DNA of 55,254 nucleotides from Minisyncoccia bacterium (GTDB taxonomy: Bacteria > Patescibacteriota > Minisyncoccia > UBA6257). Position numbers and translations under genes: made by a program. The notes under the pieces were generated by a model. It saw only the letters and a program-made list of their open reading frames with translations. It was not told the origin of the DNA and ran no database searches. Shown here piece by piece: positions 19,420 to 28,935 of this stretch. The stretch lies in contig JBMFOQ010000001.1 of NCBI GenBank assembly GCA_049969555.1, positions 1-55,254 on the forward strand, read 5' to 3'. How positions within the stretch are numbered: position 1 is the first letter of the stretch; each line of letters begins with the position of its first letter.

Positions 19420-20244
19420 TTATTTTTTCTTTCTTCTTTCAACTATTAATTTATCTGAATATTTATTTTTCTTTCTTGTTTTTCTTCCACCAGTAACATT
19501 GCCGTAAATATCTTTTGGTCTTTTCGTTCCGCGCTGCGTTCTTCCTTCTCCTCCGCCATAAGGATGTTCACGAGGATTCATTACTTTTCCTCTCACGGTT
19601 GGCCTAATTCCTAAAGCGCGCATCCTTCCTGCTTTGCCATAACTTACTAGTCCATGCTCTAAATTAGATAATTGTCCAATGGAGGCATAACAAGAACTTA
19701 AAACTTTTCTTATTTCTGAAGAGGGCATTTTTAAATAAGTGTATTCCCCTTCTTGCCCAGCTATTTGAATTGCTGTACCAGCTGCCCTGCCTAATTTTCC
19801 TGAAGTATTAGGCTGAATTTCAACATTGTGAACCATTGTGCCAATAGGGATATTTTTAAGAAGCAAACGATTGCCCTCTTTTAAAGGAGCATTTTCTTCG
19901 CAGATTACCTCATCACCAACTTTCAAATTGTTTGGCGCTAAAATATAACGCCAATCACCATCCTGATAGCTTACTAAAGCAATAAAAGCAGAGCGGTTAG
20001 GATCGTACTCAATACTTTTCACTATTCCTTTAACTCCTTTTTTTTCTTCGCCAAAAATCACTTTTCGATAAATTCTTTTATTTCCTCCTCCTTTATGTCT
20101 GACTGTGACTAATCCTTTTGTTCTTCCTTTTGCTTTTTTAATCGTTTTTGTTAATGCTTTAAAAGGCTCGTCAGTGGTAACCATCTGTCGATCTTCTACG
20201 GTATAATGTCTTCTTCCGGGAGTTGTTGGTTTGTATCTTTTCAT
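19420..20244 (-). CDS. rplB: 50S ribosomal protein uL2
   Basis: [22 protein letters not shown] and [19 protein letters not shown] motifs are present. Confidence 0.96.
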   Translation of the reverse strand: MKRYKPTTPGRRHYTVEDRQMVTTDEPFKALTKTIKKAKGRTKGLVTVRHKGGGNKRIYRKVIFGEEKKGVKGIVKSIEYDPNRSAFIALVSYQDGDWRYILAPNNLKVGDEVICEENAPLKEGNRLLLKNIPIGTMVHNVEIQPNTSGKLGRAAGTAIQIAGQEGEYTYLKMPSSEIRKVLSSCYASIGQLSNLEHGLVSYGKAGRMRALGIRPTVRGKVMNPREHPYGGGEGRTQRGTKRPKDIYGNVTGGRKTRKKNKYSDKLIVERRKKK

Positions 20245-20278
20245 AATATTTAAAATATAAAGTCAAAAATTTTTGAAC

Positions 20279-20650
20279 CTAAATTTCAATTTTATTTCCT
20301 TCTTTAAGGGTAACAATTGCTTTCTTTTTGGGTTTAAATTGGGTAATATTTTGTCCCATTCTTTTTTTCTTTAACTTTAAAATTCCGAAATTAATCTTTT
20401 CAACTTTAACATTATATAATTTTTCAATCACTTTTTTAACCTCGGTTTTATTTGCTTTCCTTTCTACTTCAAAAATATATTTATTTAAACCTCTTAAATC
20501 TGTGGCTTTCTCACTAATATACGATTTAATCAAAACTGGCTTAACTTTTAAAAAGCTAATTGTTGGTTTAATCTCTTTTTCTTCTTTCTTTGCCTCTAAC
20601 TTTTTTTCTTGTTTTTTTATCTTTGACTGAAAAATCTTTAAAGGAGACAT
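20279..20650 (-). CDS. rplW: 50S ribosomal protein uL23 with K/E-rich N-terminal extension
   Basis: The core reads YIFEVERKANKTEVKKVIEKLYNVKVEKIN and sits between rplD and rplB. The first ~30 aa are lysine- and glutamate-rich. Confidence 0.88.
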   Translation of the reverse strand: MSPLKIFQSKIKKQEKKLEAKKEEKEIKPTISFLKVKPVLIKSYISEKATDLRGLNKYIFEVERKANKTEVKKVIEKLYNVKVEKINFGILKLKKKRMGQNITQFKPKKKAIVTLKEGNKIEI

Positions 20651-20651
20651 A

Positions 20652-21308
20652 TTATTTCAAACTTAATTTTTTCTCCAATTTAGGCAAAATAGTTTTTGGA
20701 AAAATTAAATATTTATAATTTAAAAGGTCTACCAAATCAATACTTTCAGTGGTCATTACTTTTAATGAAGGGATATTTTGACTGGCAAATTTAATTTCTT
20801 TATCTTCGGGATTGATCAATAAAATTGTTTTATTTACTGGTTGCTTTTTGTTTTTATGAAACAATTTCAAGTTCTTAAAAACTTCGACCATTTCTTTTGT
20901 TTTTGGCTCCTTAATTTTTAATTCATCTAAAATTATAATTTCTTTGTCTTTAAGTTTCTGGGATAAAACTTGACACAAAGCCAAAATTTTTTCTTTTTTA
21001 TTTATTTTTTTCTTAAAATTTCTTTCTTTTTGCCGCGGACCAAAAGTTACACCTCCCCCTCGCCACAAAGGAGAACGAATTGAAGAATGACGCGCTCGGC
21101 CAGTTCCTTTCTGCGGCCAAGGCTTTTTTCCTCCTCCTCGAACTTCTGATCTATCTTTACTAAAAGCTAGAGGCTGGCGTCTATTTGATAAATAAGAAAC
21201 ATAAAGGCGATGGATAAAACCGCTGTTAAATTTTTGACCAAAAATACTTTCGTTTAACTCTATTTCTTCTACTTTTTCACCTTTTAAATTGTATATTTGA
21301 GCTTTCAT
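20652..21308 (-). CDS. rplD: 50S ribosomal protein uL4
   Basis: SEVRGGGKKPWPQKGTGRARHSSIRSPLWRGGGVTFGP. Confidence 0.95.
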   Translation of the reverse strand: MKAQIYNLKGEKVEEIELNESIFGQKFNSGFIHRLYVSYLSNRRQPLAFSKDRSEVRGGGKKPWPQKGTGRARHSSIRSPLWRGGGVTFGPRQKERNFKKKINKKEKILALCQVLSQKLKDKEIIILDELKIKEPKTKEMVEVFKNLKLFHKNKKQPVNKTILLINPEDKEIKFASQNIPSLKVMTTESIDLVDLLNYKYLIFPKTILPKLEKKLSLK

Positions 21309-21311
21309 ATT

Positions 21312-21920
21312 TTACTTTGCTTCGATTAAAACCAATGAACCTCTGTTTCCGGGAATCGCTCCTTTCAAATAAATTAAATTATTTGCTTTATCCAATTTTA
21401 TTATTTCCACATTTTTTAAAGTAACTCTTTTTAAACCAGTATGACCAGCCATTTTTCTTCCTTTTGGAACATGCTGAGGATGAGTAGCTCCGATTGAGCC
21501 CGGAGCGCGCAACCTATCTTTTGTCCCATGAGAAGCGTCACTTCCATGAAAACCATGTCTTTTTACCACTCCTTGAAAACCCTTTCCCTTGCTTGTGCCA
21601 ATCACTTTAACCTTTTCTCCCACCTCAAAAATATCAACTTTTATTTCGTCTCCTATTTTAAATTCTGAATTTTGGCCATCAATTTTAAATTCCTTTAGCC
21701 AACGGAAATTACCTAAATTTTTCAAATGACCGAGCAGAGGTTTAGAAATTTTCTTTTTTTTACCAAAACCTACTTGAACAGCCTCGTAACCATCTTTCTC
21801 TTTTGTTTTAATTTGAGTAACTTTAAGCGGCCCAGCCTTAATAACTGTTACTGGAATAATTTCTCCTTTCTCGGAAAAAACCTGAGTCATTTTTTCTTTT
21901 GTTCCTAAAATAAATTTCAT
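21312..21920 (-). CDS. rplC: 50S ribosomal protein uL3
   Basis: SKGKGFQGVVKRHGFHG, GSIGATHPQHVPKGRKMAGHTG motifs are present. Confidence 0.95.
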   Translation of the reverse strand: MKFILGTKEKMTQVFSEKGEIIPVTVIKAGPLKVTQIKTKEKDGYEAVQVGFGKKKKISKPLLGHLKNLGNFRWLKEFKIDGQNSEFKIGDEIKVDIFEVGEKVKVIGTSKGKGFQGVVKRHGFHGSDASHGTKDRLRAPGSIGATHPQHVPKGRKMAGHTGLKRVTLKNVEIIKLDKANNLIYLKGAIPGNRGSLVLIEAK

Positions 21921-21990
21921 ATCAGGATGGTTATTTTCTAATTTTTTTTATTTTCTAATTTTTTCTAATTTTTTAAAGACTTTTCACTGA

Positions 21991-22014
21991 AAAACTGGGC
22001 TTGAGCCCAGTTTT
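21991..22014 (-). terminator. Terminator-like hairpin between rpsJ and rplC (possible attenuator)
   Basis: AAAACTGGGCttgaGCCCAGTTTT forms a 10-bp stem. On the minus strand the GC core is followed by UUUUUCAG. It lies inside an otherwise continuous r-protein operon. Confidence 0.4.
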
Positions 22015-22030
22015 CATTTCTTCATTCTTC

Positions 22031-22381
22031 TTACATCTTTACTTCTATTTCTACTCCTGCGGGCAAGCTCAAAGATGACAAAGCCTCAATTATTTTCTGG
22101 GTCGGATTTACTATTTCTATCAATCTTTTGTGAATTCTCATCTCAAACTGTTCTCTTGAATCCTTTTTAATAAAAGTGGCCCGATTCACTGTATAGCGAT
22201 GAATTTCGGTTGGTAAAGGAATAGGACCAATGACTTCGCCTCCTTGCCTGATTACCGTATTAATAATCTGGCGACAGGAATTGTCTAAAATTCGATAGTC
22301 ATAGCCCTTGATTTTGATTCTAATCTTTGACTGGACCTCGGTTTTCATTTCAGTTTTAGTTCTTCTTTTAGAATCTGCCAC
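22031..22381 (-). CDS. rpsJ: 30S ribosomal protein uS10
   Basis: KIRIKIKGYDYRILD, GPIPLPT and HKRLIEI motifs are present. The annotated start is GTG. An internal Met (MKTEVQSKIRIK) is an alternative start. Confidence 0.93.
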   Translation of the reverse strand: MADSKRRTKTEMKTEVQSKIRIKIKGYDYRILDNSCRQIINTVIRQGGEVIGPIPLPTEIHRYTVNRATFIKKDSREQFEMRIHKRLIEIVNPTQKIIEALSSLSLPAGVEIEVKM

Positions 22382-22443
22382 AGAATAAATTTTAAATTTT
22401 TACTCTTGAAGTTTTCTTTGAGTAGAGAAAACTTTAAGAGAAA

Positions 22444-23643
22444 TTACTTTAAGATTTTTGTTACTACACCAGCGCCAACAGTTCTTCCTCCTTCTCGAAT
22501 AGCAAACCTTGAACCTTCGTCTAAGGCAACTGGCACAATTAATTTGACCATAAACTTTACATTATCGCCTGGCATTACCATTTCTACTGATTCTGGCAAA
22601 GTAACCTCACCAGTAACATCAGCAGTTCTAATATAGAATTGAGGCTTATAGCCAGTAAAGAAAGGGGTGTGCCTTCCGCCCTCTTCTTTGGTTAAAATAT
22701 AAACCTCAGCCTCAAATTCAGTGTGCGGAGTAATTGAACCGGGTTTGGCAATAATTTGCCCTCTTCTGATATCTTCTTTTTTAATTCCTCTTAAAAGCAA
22801 ACCAACATTATCACCCGCCATTGCCTCATCCATACTCTTATTAAACATCTCAATTCCTGTAACTACTGTTTTAATTGTTGGTCGATAACCAATAATTTCT
22901 ACTTCTTCGTTAAGCTTTAGTATTCCTCTCTCTACCCTTCCCGTAGCAACTGTTCCCCGGCCTTCAATTGAGAAAATATCCTCAATTGGCATCAAAAATG
23001 GTTTATCAACCTCGCGTACAGGATCAGGGAGATAATTATCCAAAGCATCAAGTAATTCTAAAATAGGCTTTACTGCTTCATCATCAATTGAAGATGCCTC
23101 TAAGGCTTTTAAAGCGGAACCGCGAATCACCGGCACTTCTTTCCCGGGAAAACCATGTTTTGTTAAAAGTTCTCTCACTTCAGTTTCTACTAAATCAACC
23201 ATTTCTTTATCATCTACCATATCTACTTTGTTTAAGAAAACCACCATTGCCGGTACGCCAACTTGCTTTGCTAAAAGAATGTGCTCATAAGTCTGGGGCA
23301 TTGGACCATCAGCTGCAGAAACAACTAAAATTGCTCCATCCATCTGGGCAGAACCAGTAATCATATTTTTAATATAATCAATGTGTCCTGGACAATCAAT
23401 GTGAGCATAATGTCTCTTTTCTGTTTCGTATTCTGAATGGTGAACATTAATAGTTATACCCCGACTTTTCTCTTCGGGAGCATTATCTATTTCATCAACC
23501 TTCAAACTTTTTTTAGCAAGTCCCCTTAAATAAAGAACATGGGAAATAGCAGCCGTTAAAGTAGTTTTACCATGGTCAATATGACCAATAGTTCCCACAT
23601 TCATATGGGGTTTACTTCTTACAAATTTTTCTTTTTCTGCCAT
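22444..23643 (-). CDS. tuf: Elongation factor Tu
   Basis: [21 protein letters not shown] and NKVDMV motifs in 399 aa. Confidence 0.98.
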   Translation of the reverse strand: MAEKEKFVRSKPHMNVGTIGHIDHGKTTLTAAISHVLYLRGLAKKSLKVDEIDNAPEEKSRGITINVHHSEYETEKRHYAHIDCPGHIDYIKNMITGSAQMDGAILVVSAADGPMPQTYEHILLAKQVGVPAMVVFLNKVDMVDDKEMVDLVETEVRELLTKHGFPGKEVPVIRGSALKALEASSIDDEAVKPILELLDALDNYLPDPVREVDKPFLMPIEDIFSIEGRGTVATGRVERGILKLNEEVEIIGYRPTIKTVVTGIEMFNKSMDEAMAGDNVGLLLRGIKKEDIRRGQIIAKPGSITPHTEFEAEVYILTKEEGGRHTPFFTGYKPQFYIRTADVTGEVTLPESVEMVMPGDNVKFMVKLIVPVALDEGSRFAIREGGRTVGAGVVTKILK

Positions 23644-23719
23644 AGTTTTAAAGTTAATTTAAATTATTTTTAATTTTTAATTTTTCATCCGACCCTTTAA
23701 GGAATTTTTAGTTAATATA

Positions 23720-23748
23720 ATCTTAAAGCATTTCTTTAAAAAAGTCAA
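23720..23748 (-). promoter_or_regulatory. Possible internal promoter for tuf (TTGACT-17-TAAGAT)
   Basis: On the minus strand, TTGACT (complement of 23743-23748), a 17-nt spacer and TAAGAT (complement of 23720-23725) lie in the 114-nt fusA-tuf spacer. Confidence 0.3.
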
Positions 23749-23757
23749 ATCTTTAAC

Positions 23758-25857
23758 CTATTTCTTTCCCTCAATAATTTGGGTCATTACATTTTGCGGC
23801 ACTTCCTCGTAATGGTCAAATTCCATCGTAAAGGTGCCTCTTCCTTCTGTCATTGAGCGCAACTTTGTCGCATAACCAAACATTTCTCCCAATGGCACCA
23901 GTGCATCAACCACTTTCATCATTCCCCTTTCATACATTTCCATTATTTTTCCTCTTTTGGCTGATAAATCGCCAATTACATCTCCTAAAAATTGTTCAGG
24001 AATAACTACCTCTACTTTCATAATTGGCTCCAATAACACTGGCTTTGCTTTTTTTGCTCCTTCTTGAAAAGCCATTGAACCAGCAATCTTAAAAGCAAAA
24101 TCAGAAGAATCAACCTCATGAAAAGAACCATCATATAAAGTAACCCTCACATCAGTTACTGGATAGCCAGCAATAATTCCTTTTTCCATTGCTTCTTTTA
24201 CTCCTTTTTCTACAGCCGGAATAAATTCTTGAGGAATAATTCCACCTTTAATTTGATTAACAAACTCAAATCCTTTTCCTCTCTCCAAGGGTTCTATTTT
24301 TAACCAAACATGGCCATATTGACCGCGACCGCCAGACTGCCTAATATATTTCCCTTCACTTTCAACTGTTTGTTGGACTGTTTCTTTGTAAGCTACTTGC
24401 GGCTTACCAGTGGAAACATTAACATTAAATTCTCTTTTCATTCTGTCAACTAAAATTTCTAAATGAAGTTCGCCCATTCCGGAAATGATTGTCTCCAATG
24501 TTTCTTGATCAGTTTTTACTTTAAAAGTTGGGTCTTCTTCAGAAAGTTTTTTCAAAACCAAACTCATTTTTTCTTGGTCAGCCTTTGTTGCTGGCTCAAT
24601 TTTCATTGAAATCACTGGTTCGGGAAAAGTAATTTTTTCTAAAATTATTGGATGATTTGGGTCGCACAAAGTGTCTCCGGTTATTGTATCTTTTAAACCA
24701 ACAGTTGCCGCAATATCTCCTGCTTTAATTTCCTCTATTTCTTCGCGATGATTAGCGTGCATTCTTAAAAGGCGACCAATTCTTTCTTGAGAATTTTTTG
24801 TCGCATTTAAAATATAATTGCCCTTTTTAAATGTTCCGGAATAAACTCGAAAATAAGTTAAGGTGCCAACATAAGGATCAGCTGCTACTTTAAAAACTAA
24901 AGCCGCAAACGGTTCTGAATCCAAAGGTTTACGTAAAATTTTTTCTCCAGTTTTTGGGTCTGTTCCTTCAACTGCCTCTAAATCCAAAGGCGAAGGAAGA
25001 TATTCAACAATAGCATCAATTAATGGTTGAACTCCTTTATTTCTAAAAGAAGAACCAGTTAAAACTGGAATAATTGTTCCTTTAATAGTTGATTTTCTTA
25101 AAACTTTTCTTATTTCTTCTTCTGTTGGTTCTTGGCCTTCAAAAAATTTATGCATCAAACTTTCATCTTCGGCACTAACTTTTTCAATTAACTGTTTTCT
25201 CCAATTCAAGGCTGTTTCTTTTAAATTCTCTGGTATTTCTTTTAAAACAACCTTTTCTCCTTTATCGCCCTCAAAATAAACTGCTTTCATTAAAATTAAA
25301 TCAATGATTCCTTCGAATTTATCTTCCGCGCCAATTGGAATATTAATGGGGGTAGCGTGAGGAGTTAATCTTTCCCTAATTGTTTTTAAACTAAAATCAA
25401 AACTTGCACCAATTCTATCCATTTTATTGATATAGCACATCCTTGGCACTTTAAATTTATCTGCCTGATGCCAAACTGTTTCTGATTGCGGCTCAACTCC
25501 TTGAACACCATCAAAAATTACCACTGCGCCGTCTAATACCCTTAAAGAACGTTGAACTTCAGCAGTAAAATCAATATGCCCCGGAGTGTCAATAATATTG
25601 ATTCTTGCGCGATAATTATCATCTTCTCCTCTATAAGTTGGCGTCCAAAAACAAGTGGTAGCGGCTGAAGTAATGGTAATCCCCCTTTCTCTCTCTTGGG
25701 GCATCCAGTCCATTACTGTTGTTCCTTCATCGATATCGCCAATTTTATGAGTAATTCCAGTGTAATATAAAACTCGCTCAGTAGTTGTTGTTTTTCCTGC
25801 GTCAATATGAGCAATAAAACCAATATTCCTAATTTTTTCGATAGGATAATTTTCCAT
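23758..25857 (-). CDS. fusA: Elongation factor G
   Basis: [21 protein letters not shown] and NKMDR motifs in 699 aa. Confidence 0.98.
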   Translation of the reverse strand: MENYPIEKIRNIGFIAHIDAGKTTTTERVLYYTGITHKIGDIDEGTTVMDWMPQERERGITITSAATTCFWTPTYRGEDDNYRARINIIDTPGHIDFTAEVQRSLRVLDGAVVIFDGVQGVEPQSETVWHQADKFKVPRMCYINKMDRIGASFDFSLKTIRERLTPHATPINIPIGAEDKFEGIIDLILMKAVYFEGDKGEKVVLKEIPENLKETALNWRKQLIEKVSAEDESLMHKFFEGQEPTEEEIRKVLRKSTIKGTIIPVLTGSSFRNKGVQPLIDAIVEYLPSPLDLEAVEGTDPKTGEKILRKPLDSEPFAALVFKVAADPYVGTLTYFRVYSGTFKKGNYILNATKNSQERIGRLLRMHANHREEIEEIKAGDIAATVGLKDTITGDTLCDPNHPIILEKITFPEPVISMKIEPATKADQEKMSLVLKKLSEEDPTFKVKTDQETLETIISGMGELHLEILVDRMKREFNVNVSTGKPQVAYKETVQQTVESEGKYIRQSGGRGQYGHVWLKIEPLERGKGFEFVNQIKGGIIPQEFIPAVEKGVKEAMEKGIIAGYPVTDVRVTLYDGSFHEVDSSDFAFKIAGSMAFQEGAKKAKPVLLEPIMKVEVVIPEQFLGDVIGDLSAKRGKIMEMYERGMMKVVDALVPLGEMFGYATKLRSMTEGRGTFTMEFDHYEEVPQNVMTQIIEGKK

Positions 25858-25869
25858 GGCTAAGTTTTT

Positions 25870-26343
25870 TTATATTTTTCTGGCTAAGGAAGCAAAAGCC
25901 TTGTTAGCTTCTGCCATTCTTTCGGTATCTAATTTCTTTTTAACTGCCATTCCTTCGTTATTATAAGAAGCAATTAATTCTTCAGCCAATTTTTCTGCCA
26001 TTGGCTTTCCTTTTTTCGAACGAGAAAATTGAATAATCCACTTACAAGCCAGAGTGGTTTTACGATAGTCGGGTACTGGCCGAGGAATTTGATAGTTCGC
26101 TCCTCCAATTCTCCTGGTCACTAACTCTAATTCAGGAGAAGTATTTTCAATTGCTCTTTTAAAAACATTTATTGGATCTTTATTTGTTTGCTTTTTAATA
26201 ATTTCTAAAGCTTGATACATTATCTTTCTGGCAATTGTCTTTTTGCCATCTTTCATCAAATAATTAATAAACCTTGTAACTAAAGGCTCTTGATAAACCA
26301 AATCTGGTTCATATTCTTTTTCTTGACGATGTTTCCTTCTCAT
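25870..26343 (-). CDS. rpsG: 30S ribosomal protein uS7
   Basis: FINYLMKDGKK, VTRRIGGANYQIP and AVKKKLDTERMAEANKAFA motifs are present. Confidence 0.95.
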   Translation of the reverse strand: MRRKHRQEKEYEPDLVYQEPLVTRFINYLMKDGKKTIARKIMYQALEIIKKQTNKDPINVFKRAIENTSPELELVTRRIGGANYQIPRPVPDYRKTTLACKWIIQFSRSKKGKPMAEKLAEELIASYNNEGMAVKKKLDTERMAEANKAFASLARKI

Positions 26344-26394
26344 AAATGATCTTAAATTTTAGAATTTAGATTTAGAATTTGGAATTTTCATCTT

Positions 26395-26808
26395 TTATTC
26401 CTTCGGTTTTTTCGCACCGTATTTGCTTCTTTGTTGTTTTCTATTCTCTACTCCCGCGCAATCGTATTTTCCTCTAACAATATGATATCTCACTCCTGGT
26501 AAATCCTTTACCCTGCCGCCTCTTACTAAAACAATAGAGTGCTCTTGTAAATTATGTCCCTCACCTGGAATATAAGCAGTGATTTCTTGACCATTAGACA
26601 ATCTAACTCTGGCTACTTTTCTTAAAGCAGAGTTTGGTTTCTTTGGAGTAGTAGTAAAAACTCTAATACAAACTCCTTTTTTAAATGGCGAAGGATAATC
26701 TATTGGCCGATTTTTCTTTATATTAAAACCAAAAGAAAGAGCAACTGATTTGCTCTTTTTAATAATTGGCTTTCTTCCTTTTCTAATTAATTGTGTTAAA
26801 GTAGGCAT
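26395..26808 (-). CDS. rpsL: 30S ribosomal protein uS12
   Basis: [50 protein letters not shown] motifs are present. Confidence 0.97.
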   Translation of the reverse strand: MPTLTQLIRKGRKPIIKKSKSVALSFGFNIKKNRPIDYPSPFKKGVCIRVFTTTPKKPNSALRKVARVRLSNGQEITAYIPGEGHNLQEHSIVLVRGGRVKDLPGVRYHIVRGKYDCAGVENRKQQRSKYGAKKPKE

Positions 26809-26875
26809 GATAATATCCTAAATCTTAAGCCCTAAATCCTAAAACCAAATTAATTGATTTATTTGATGATAAACA

Positions 26876-26904
26876 AGTATAACAAAAAAAATAAAAAAGG
26901 TCAA
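26876..26904 (-). promoter_or_regulatory. Sigma70-like promoter for the str/S10/spc operon (TTGACC-17-TATACT)
   Basis: On the minus strand, TTGACC (complement of 26899-26904), a hand-counted 17-nt T-rich spacer and TATACT (complement of 26876-26881). This is about 70 nt upstream of the rpsL ATG. Confidence 0.5.
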
Positions 26905-26905
26905 A

Positions 26906-27047
26906 CCACTCACTTGAAAAAGATTGGCTATCGCCAGAGATACTTTAAAAATAAGAAAGAATTCTAAAATTTAGATAAAATTCTTTAATTACTTAATTAT
27001 TTAACAAATTCATTTTATAAATTTGTTTATCTTTTTCAAGTGAGGTG
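26906..27047. repeat. Long-range inverted repeat with CTCACTTGAAAAAGAT arms enclosing two small AT hairpins
   Basis: Left arm ccaCTCACTTGAAAAAGAT (26906-26924) and right arm ATCTTTTTCAAGTGAGgtg (27029-47). Sixteen contiguous complementary bp lie about 104 nt apart. The interior holds the AAGAATT...AATTCTT and AACAAATT...AATTTGTT hairpins. Confidence 0.6.
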
Positions 27048-27085
27048 CCAAAATCTTTTAGAACTATTTTTTCTTTGAACTATTG

Positions 27086-27694
27086 TTATCTTAAGCCGGT
27101 AAATAAATAAAAAATTAGAGAAATTAAAGGTTGAGTGAAGCTCCAGCCAAACAAAAGAAAAAATATTAAAAGAAAATAGCTATATTGCAAAAGAAAAATT
27201 TCCAATTTTGGGGAAGGAAAAAAGTAAAGCAAAATTTTTGAACCATCAAGCGGAGGAATTGGTGCTAAATTAAAAATTGCTAATTTTATATTGATTGCAA
27301 TAATAATGGCAATAAAGGGTATAACAGTGGTTGGCAAAAGATTAAATCTCAAAATCACTCCAAAAAACAAAGCCAGAAGTAAATTAGCCATTGGGCCGGC
27401 AAATGCCAAAAGCGCTGAATCTCGACGGGGATTTCTTAATTTTAAAGGATTATAAGGCACTGGTTTTGCCCAACCAAAAATAAATGAACCGCCGCTTGAA
27501 ACATAAAGTAAAAGAGGCAAAAGAAAAGAGCCAAAAAAATCTAAATGAGCCAAAGGATTTAAAGTCAACCTTTTTAATTTTTCTGCTGTATCATCGCCTA
27601 ATTCTTTTGCCATTGCTCCATGGGAAACTTCATGAATTACTATAGAAAAAAGCAAAACAACTAATTGAAATATAAAAATAAAACTTTGACTCAT
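27086..27694 (-). CDS. Site-2 protease family (M50) zinc metalloprotease, small form
   Basis: HEVSHG (HExxH) in the first TM region, LTLNPLAHLDFFGS, and NLAPIPPLDGSKIL. 202 aa, multi-pass. Confidence 0.75.
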   Translation of the reverse strand: MSQSFIFIFQLVVLLFSIVIHEVSHGAMAKELGDDTAEKLKRLTLNPLAHLDFFGSFLLPLLLYVSSGGSFIFGWAKPVPYNPLKLRNPRRDSALLAFAGPMANLLLALFFGVILRFNLLPTTVIPFIAIIIAINIKLAIFNLAPIPPLDGSKILLYFFPSPKLEIFLLQYSYFLLIFFLLFGWSFTQPLISLIFYLFTGLR

Positions 27695-28827
27695 AATAAT
27701 TTATCTTTTTTAATTTTTTTCATTAAGGTAAGAATTTCATCGTAATTTTTTCTATCAACCGGATAAGGAGTAGCATCTTTTCCGCCAAAAGCAAAGCCAT
27801 AGCGCGCTGGATCTTCGTAAGAAGGTTTTGCTCCATAGATTACTTCTGCGATTAAAGTGAGGGCTCTAATAGTTTTTGGGCCAACACCAAAGACACTCAG
27901 CAATTCTTCGTAATCAATCGGTTTTAATTCCGTTAATTTATACAAAATTTTTGTGAGATATTTATTCTTAAAAAAATCTTCATTAACTACTGGATGATAA
28001 TTATATTCCTTATTTTCTAAATTTAAAAGAGTAAGTTGTTTTTTCTCATTACCTATTTTTAACATTTGATTTAATTGCGAACTGTAGCGTGAGAGAATTT
28101 TAATCTCTTTCATTAAACTATAAAATCCCTGGTTAACTAATTCTACACTTAATTTCTGTGTTGGCTCGCTTTCTTTTTTTGTCAGATTTAAAACATTTTT
28201 AAATCTTTTTTTGCTTATTACTCCGACGTGTGGTTCTAAAACTAAATTTTTAGAGCCAGTTAAAGGAGAATGAAATTTTAAAGAATCCGAATACCAATGA
28301 TACCTTCTTGCTGTTTGGTTTAAAGTATTCATCCCCTGCTGAATTACTGCCCAACTTCCTTTTTGAGAAAAAATAAAAGTATGGTGATAAATCTGAAAAC
28401 CATCTTGAATTAAAGCGCTATCTACTTTAGCAGCCATTTTTGAATTATAAACCAAACTTTTTGCCTTATTTAAATCAAAACCAAGGATATTTGACCAACT
28501 TAAAATCTCGTCTGGTGTTTTTCTTGAAGTCTTTCCCTTTCCTCCACAAATAAAAATCCCTAGTTCCTTTTCTTCGCCTCGAATTGCTTCTTTTAAAGCG
28601 GCGGCCAAAATCGTAGTTAAACCAGAAGAGTTCCAATCAAATGCCAAAACTGTTCCTAAAGATTGAAACCAGACCGGATCAGCTAATCTTTTTACCACCT
28701 CTTCTGGCCCAAACTCTTCAATCATTAAATAAATCATTTTTCTTGATAATTTAACCATGCGCTCAAAAAGCCATTTTGGGCATTTCCCCTCATCTAAGCC
28801 AAAAGTTGCCACCCCGTAAGAAATCAT
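27691..28827 (-). CDS. DUF763 domain protein with C-terminal helix-hairpin-helix
   Basis: The GKCPKWLFERMVKLSR...PVWFQSLGTVLAFDWNSSGLTT block matches DUF763 proteins as I recall them. The C-terminal FGVGPKTIRALTLIAEVIYG is HhH-like. There is an ATGA overlap with the M50 gene. Confidence 0.65.
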   Translation of the reverse strand: MISYGVATFGLDEGKCPKWLFERMVKLSRKMIYLMIEEFGPEEVVKRLADPVWFQSLGTVLAFDWNSSGLTTILAAALKEAIRGEEKELGIFICGGKGKTSRKTPDEILSWSNILGFDLNKAKSLVYNSKMAAKVDSALIQDGFQIYHHTFIFSQKGSWAVIQQGMNTLNQTARRYHWYSDSLKFHSPLTGSKNLVLEPHVGVISKKRFKNVLNLTKKESEPTQKLSVELVNQGFYSLMKEIKILSRYSSQLNQMLKIGNEKKQLTLLNLENKEYNYHPVVNEDFFKNKYLTKILYKLTELKPIDYEELLSVFGVGPKTIRALTLIAEVIYGAKPSYEDPARYGFAFGGKDATPYPVDRKNYDEILTLMKKIKKDKLL

Positions 28828-28861
28828 AATAATTAATTATATCACTTAAAATTTAAAATCT

Positions 28862-28887
28862 AAAAGGCAGGTTAAAGCCCGCCTTTT
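28862..28887 (-). terminator. Weak intrinsic terminator after uppP
   Basis: The minus-strand RNA reads AAAAGGCGGGcuuuaaCCUGCCUUUUAGAUUUU, with one G-U pair in the stem. Confidence 0.4.
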
Positions 28888-28935
28888 AAAAAATCTTTTA
28901 ATTTAAAAATTTTTATTAATTTTCCGGCCTCTTTC

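Noticed and set aside
22395-22425. The hairpin AGTTTTCTttgagtagAGAAAACT between tuf and rpsJ as a terminator.
   Set aside because: It has an AT-rich 8-bp stem and no following U-run on the coding (minus) strand, so the support is insufficient.
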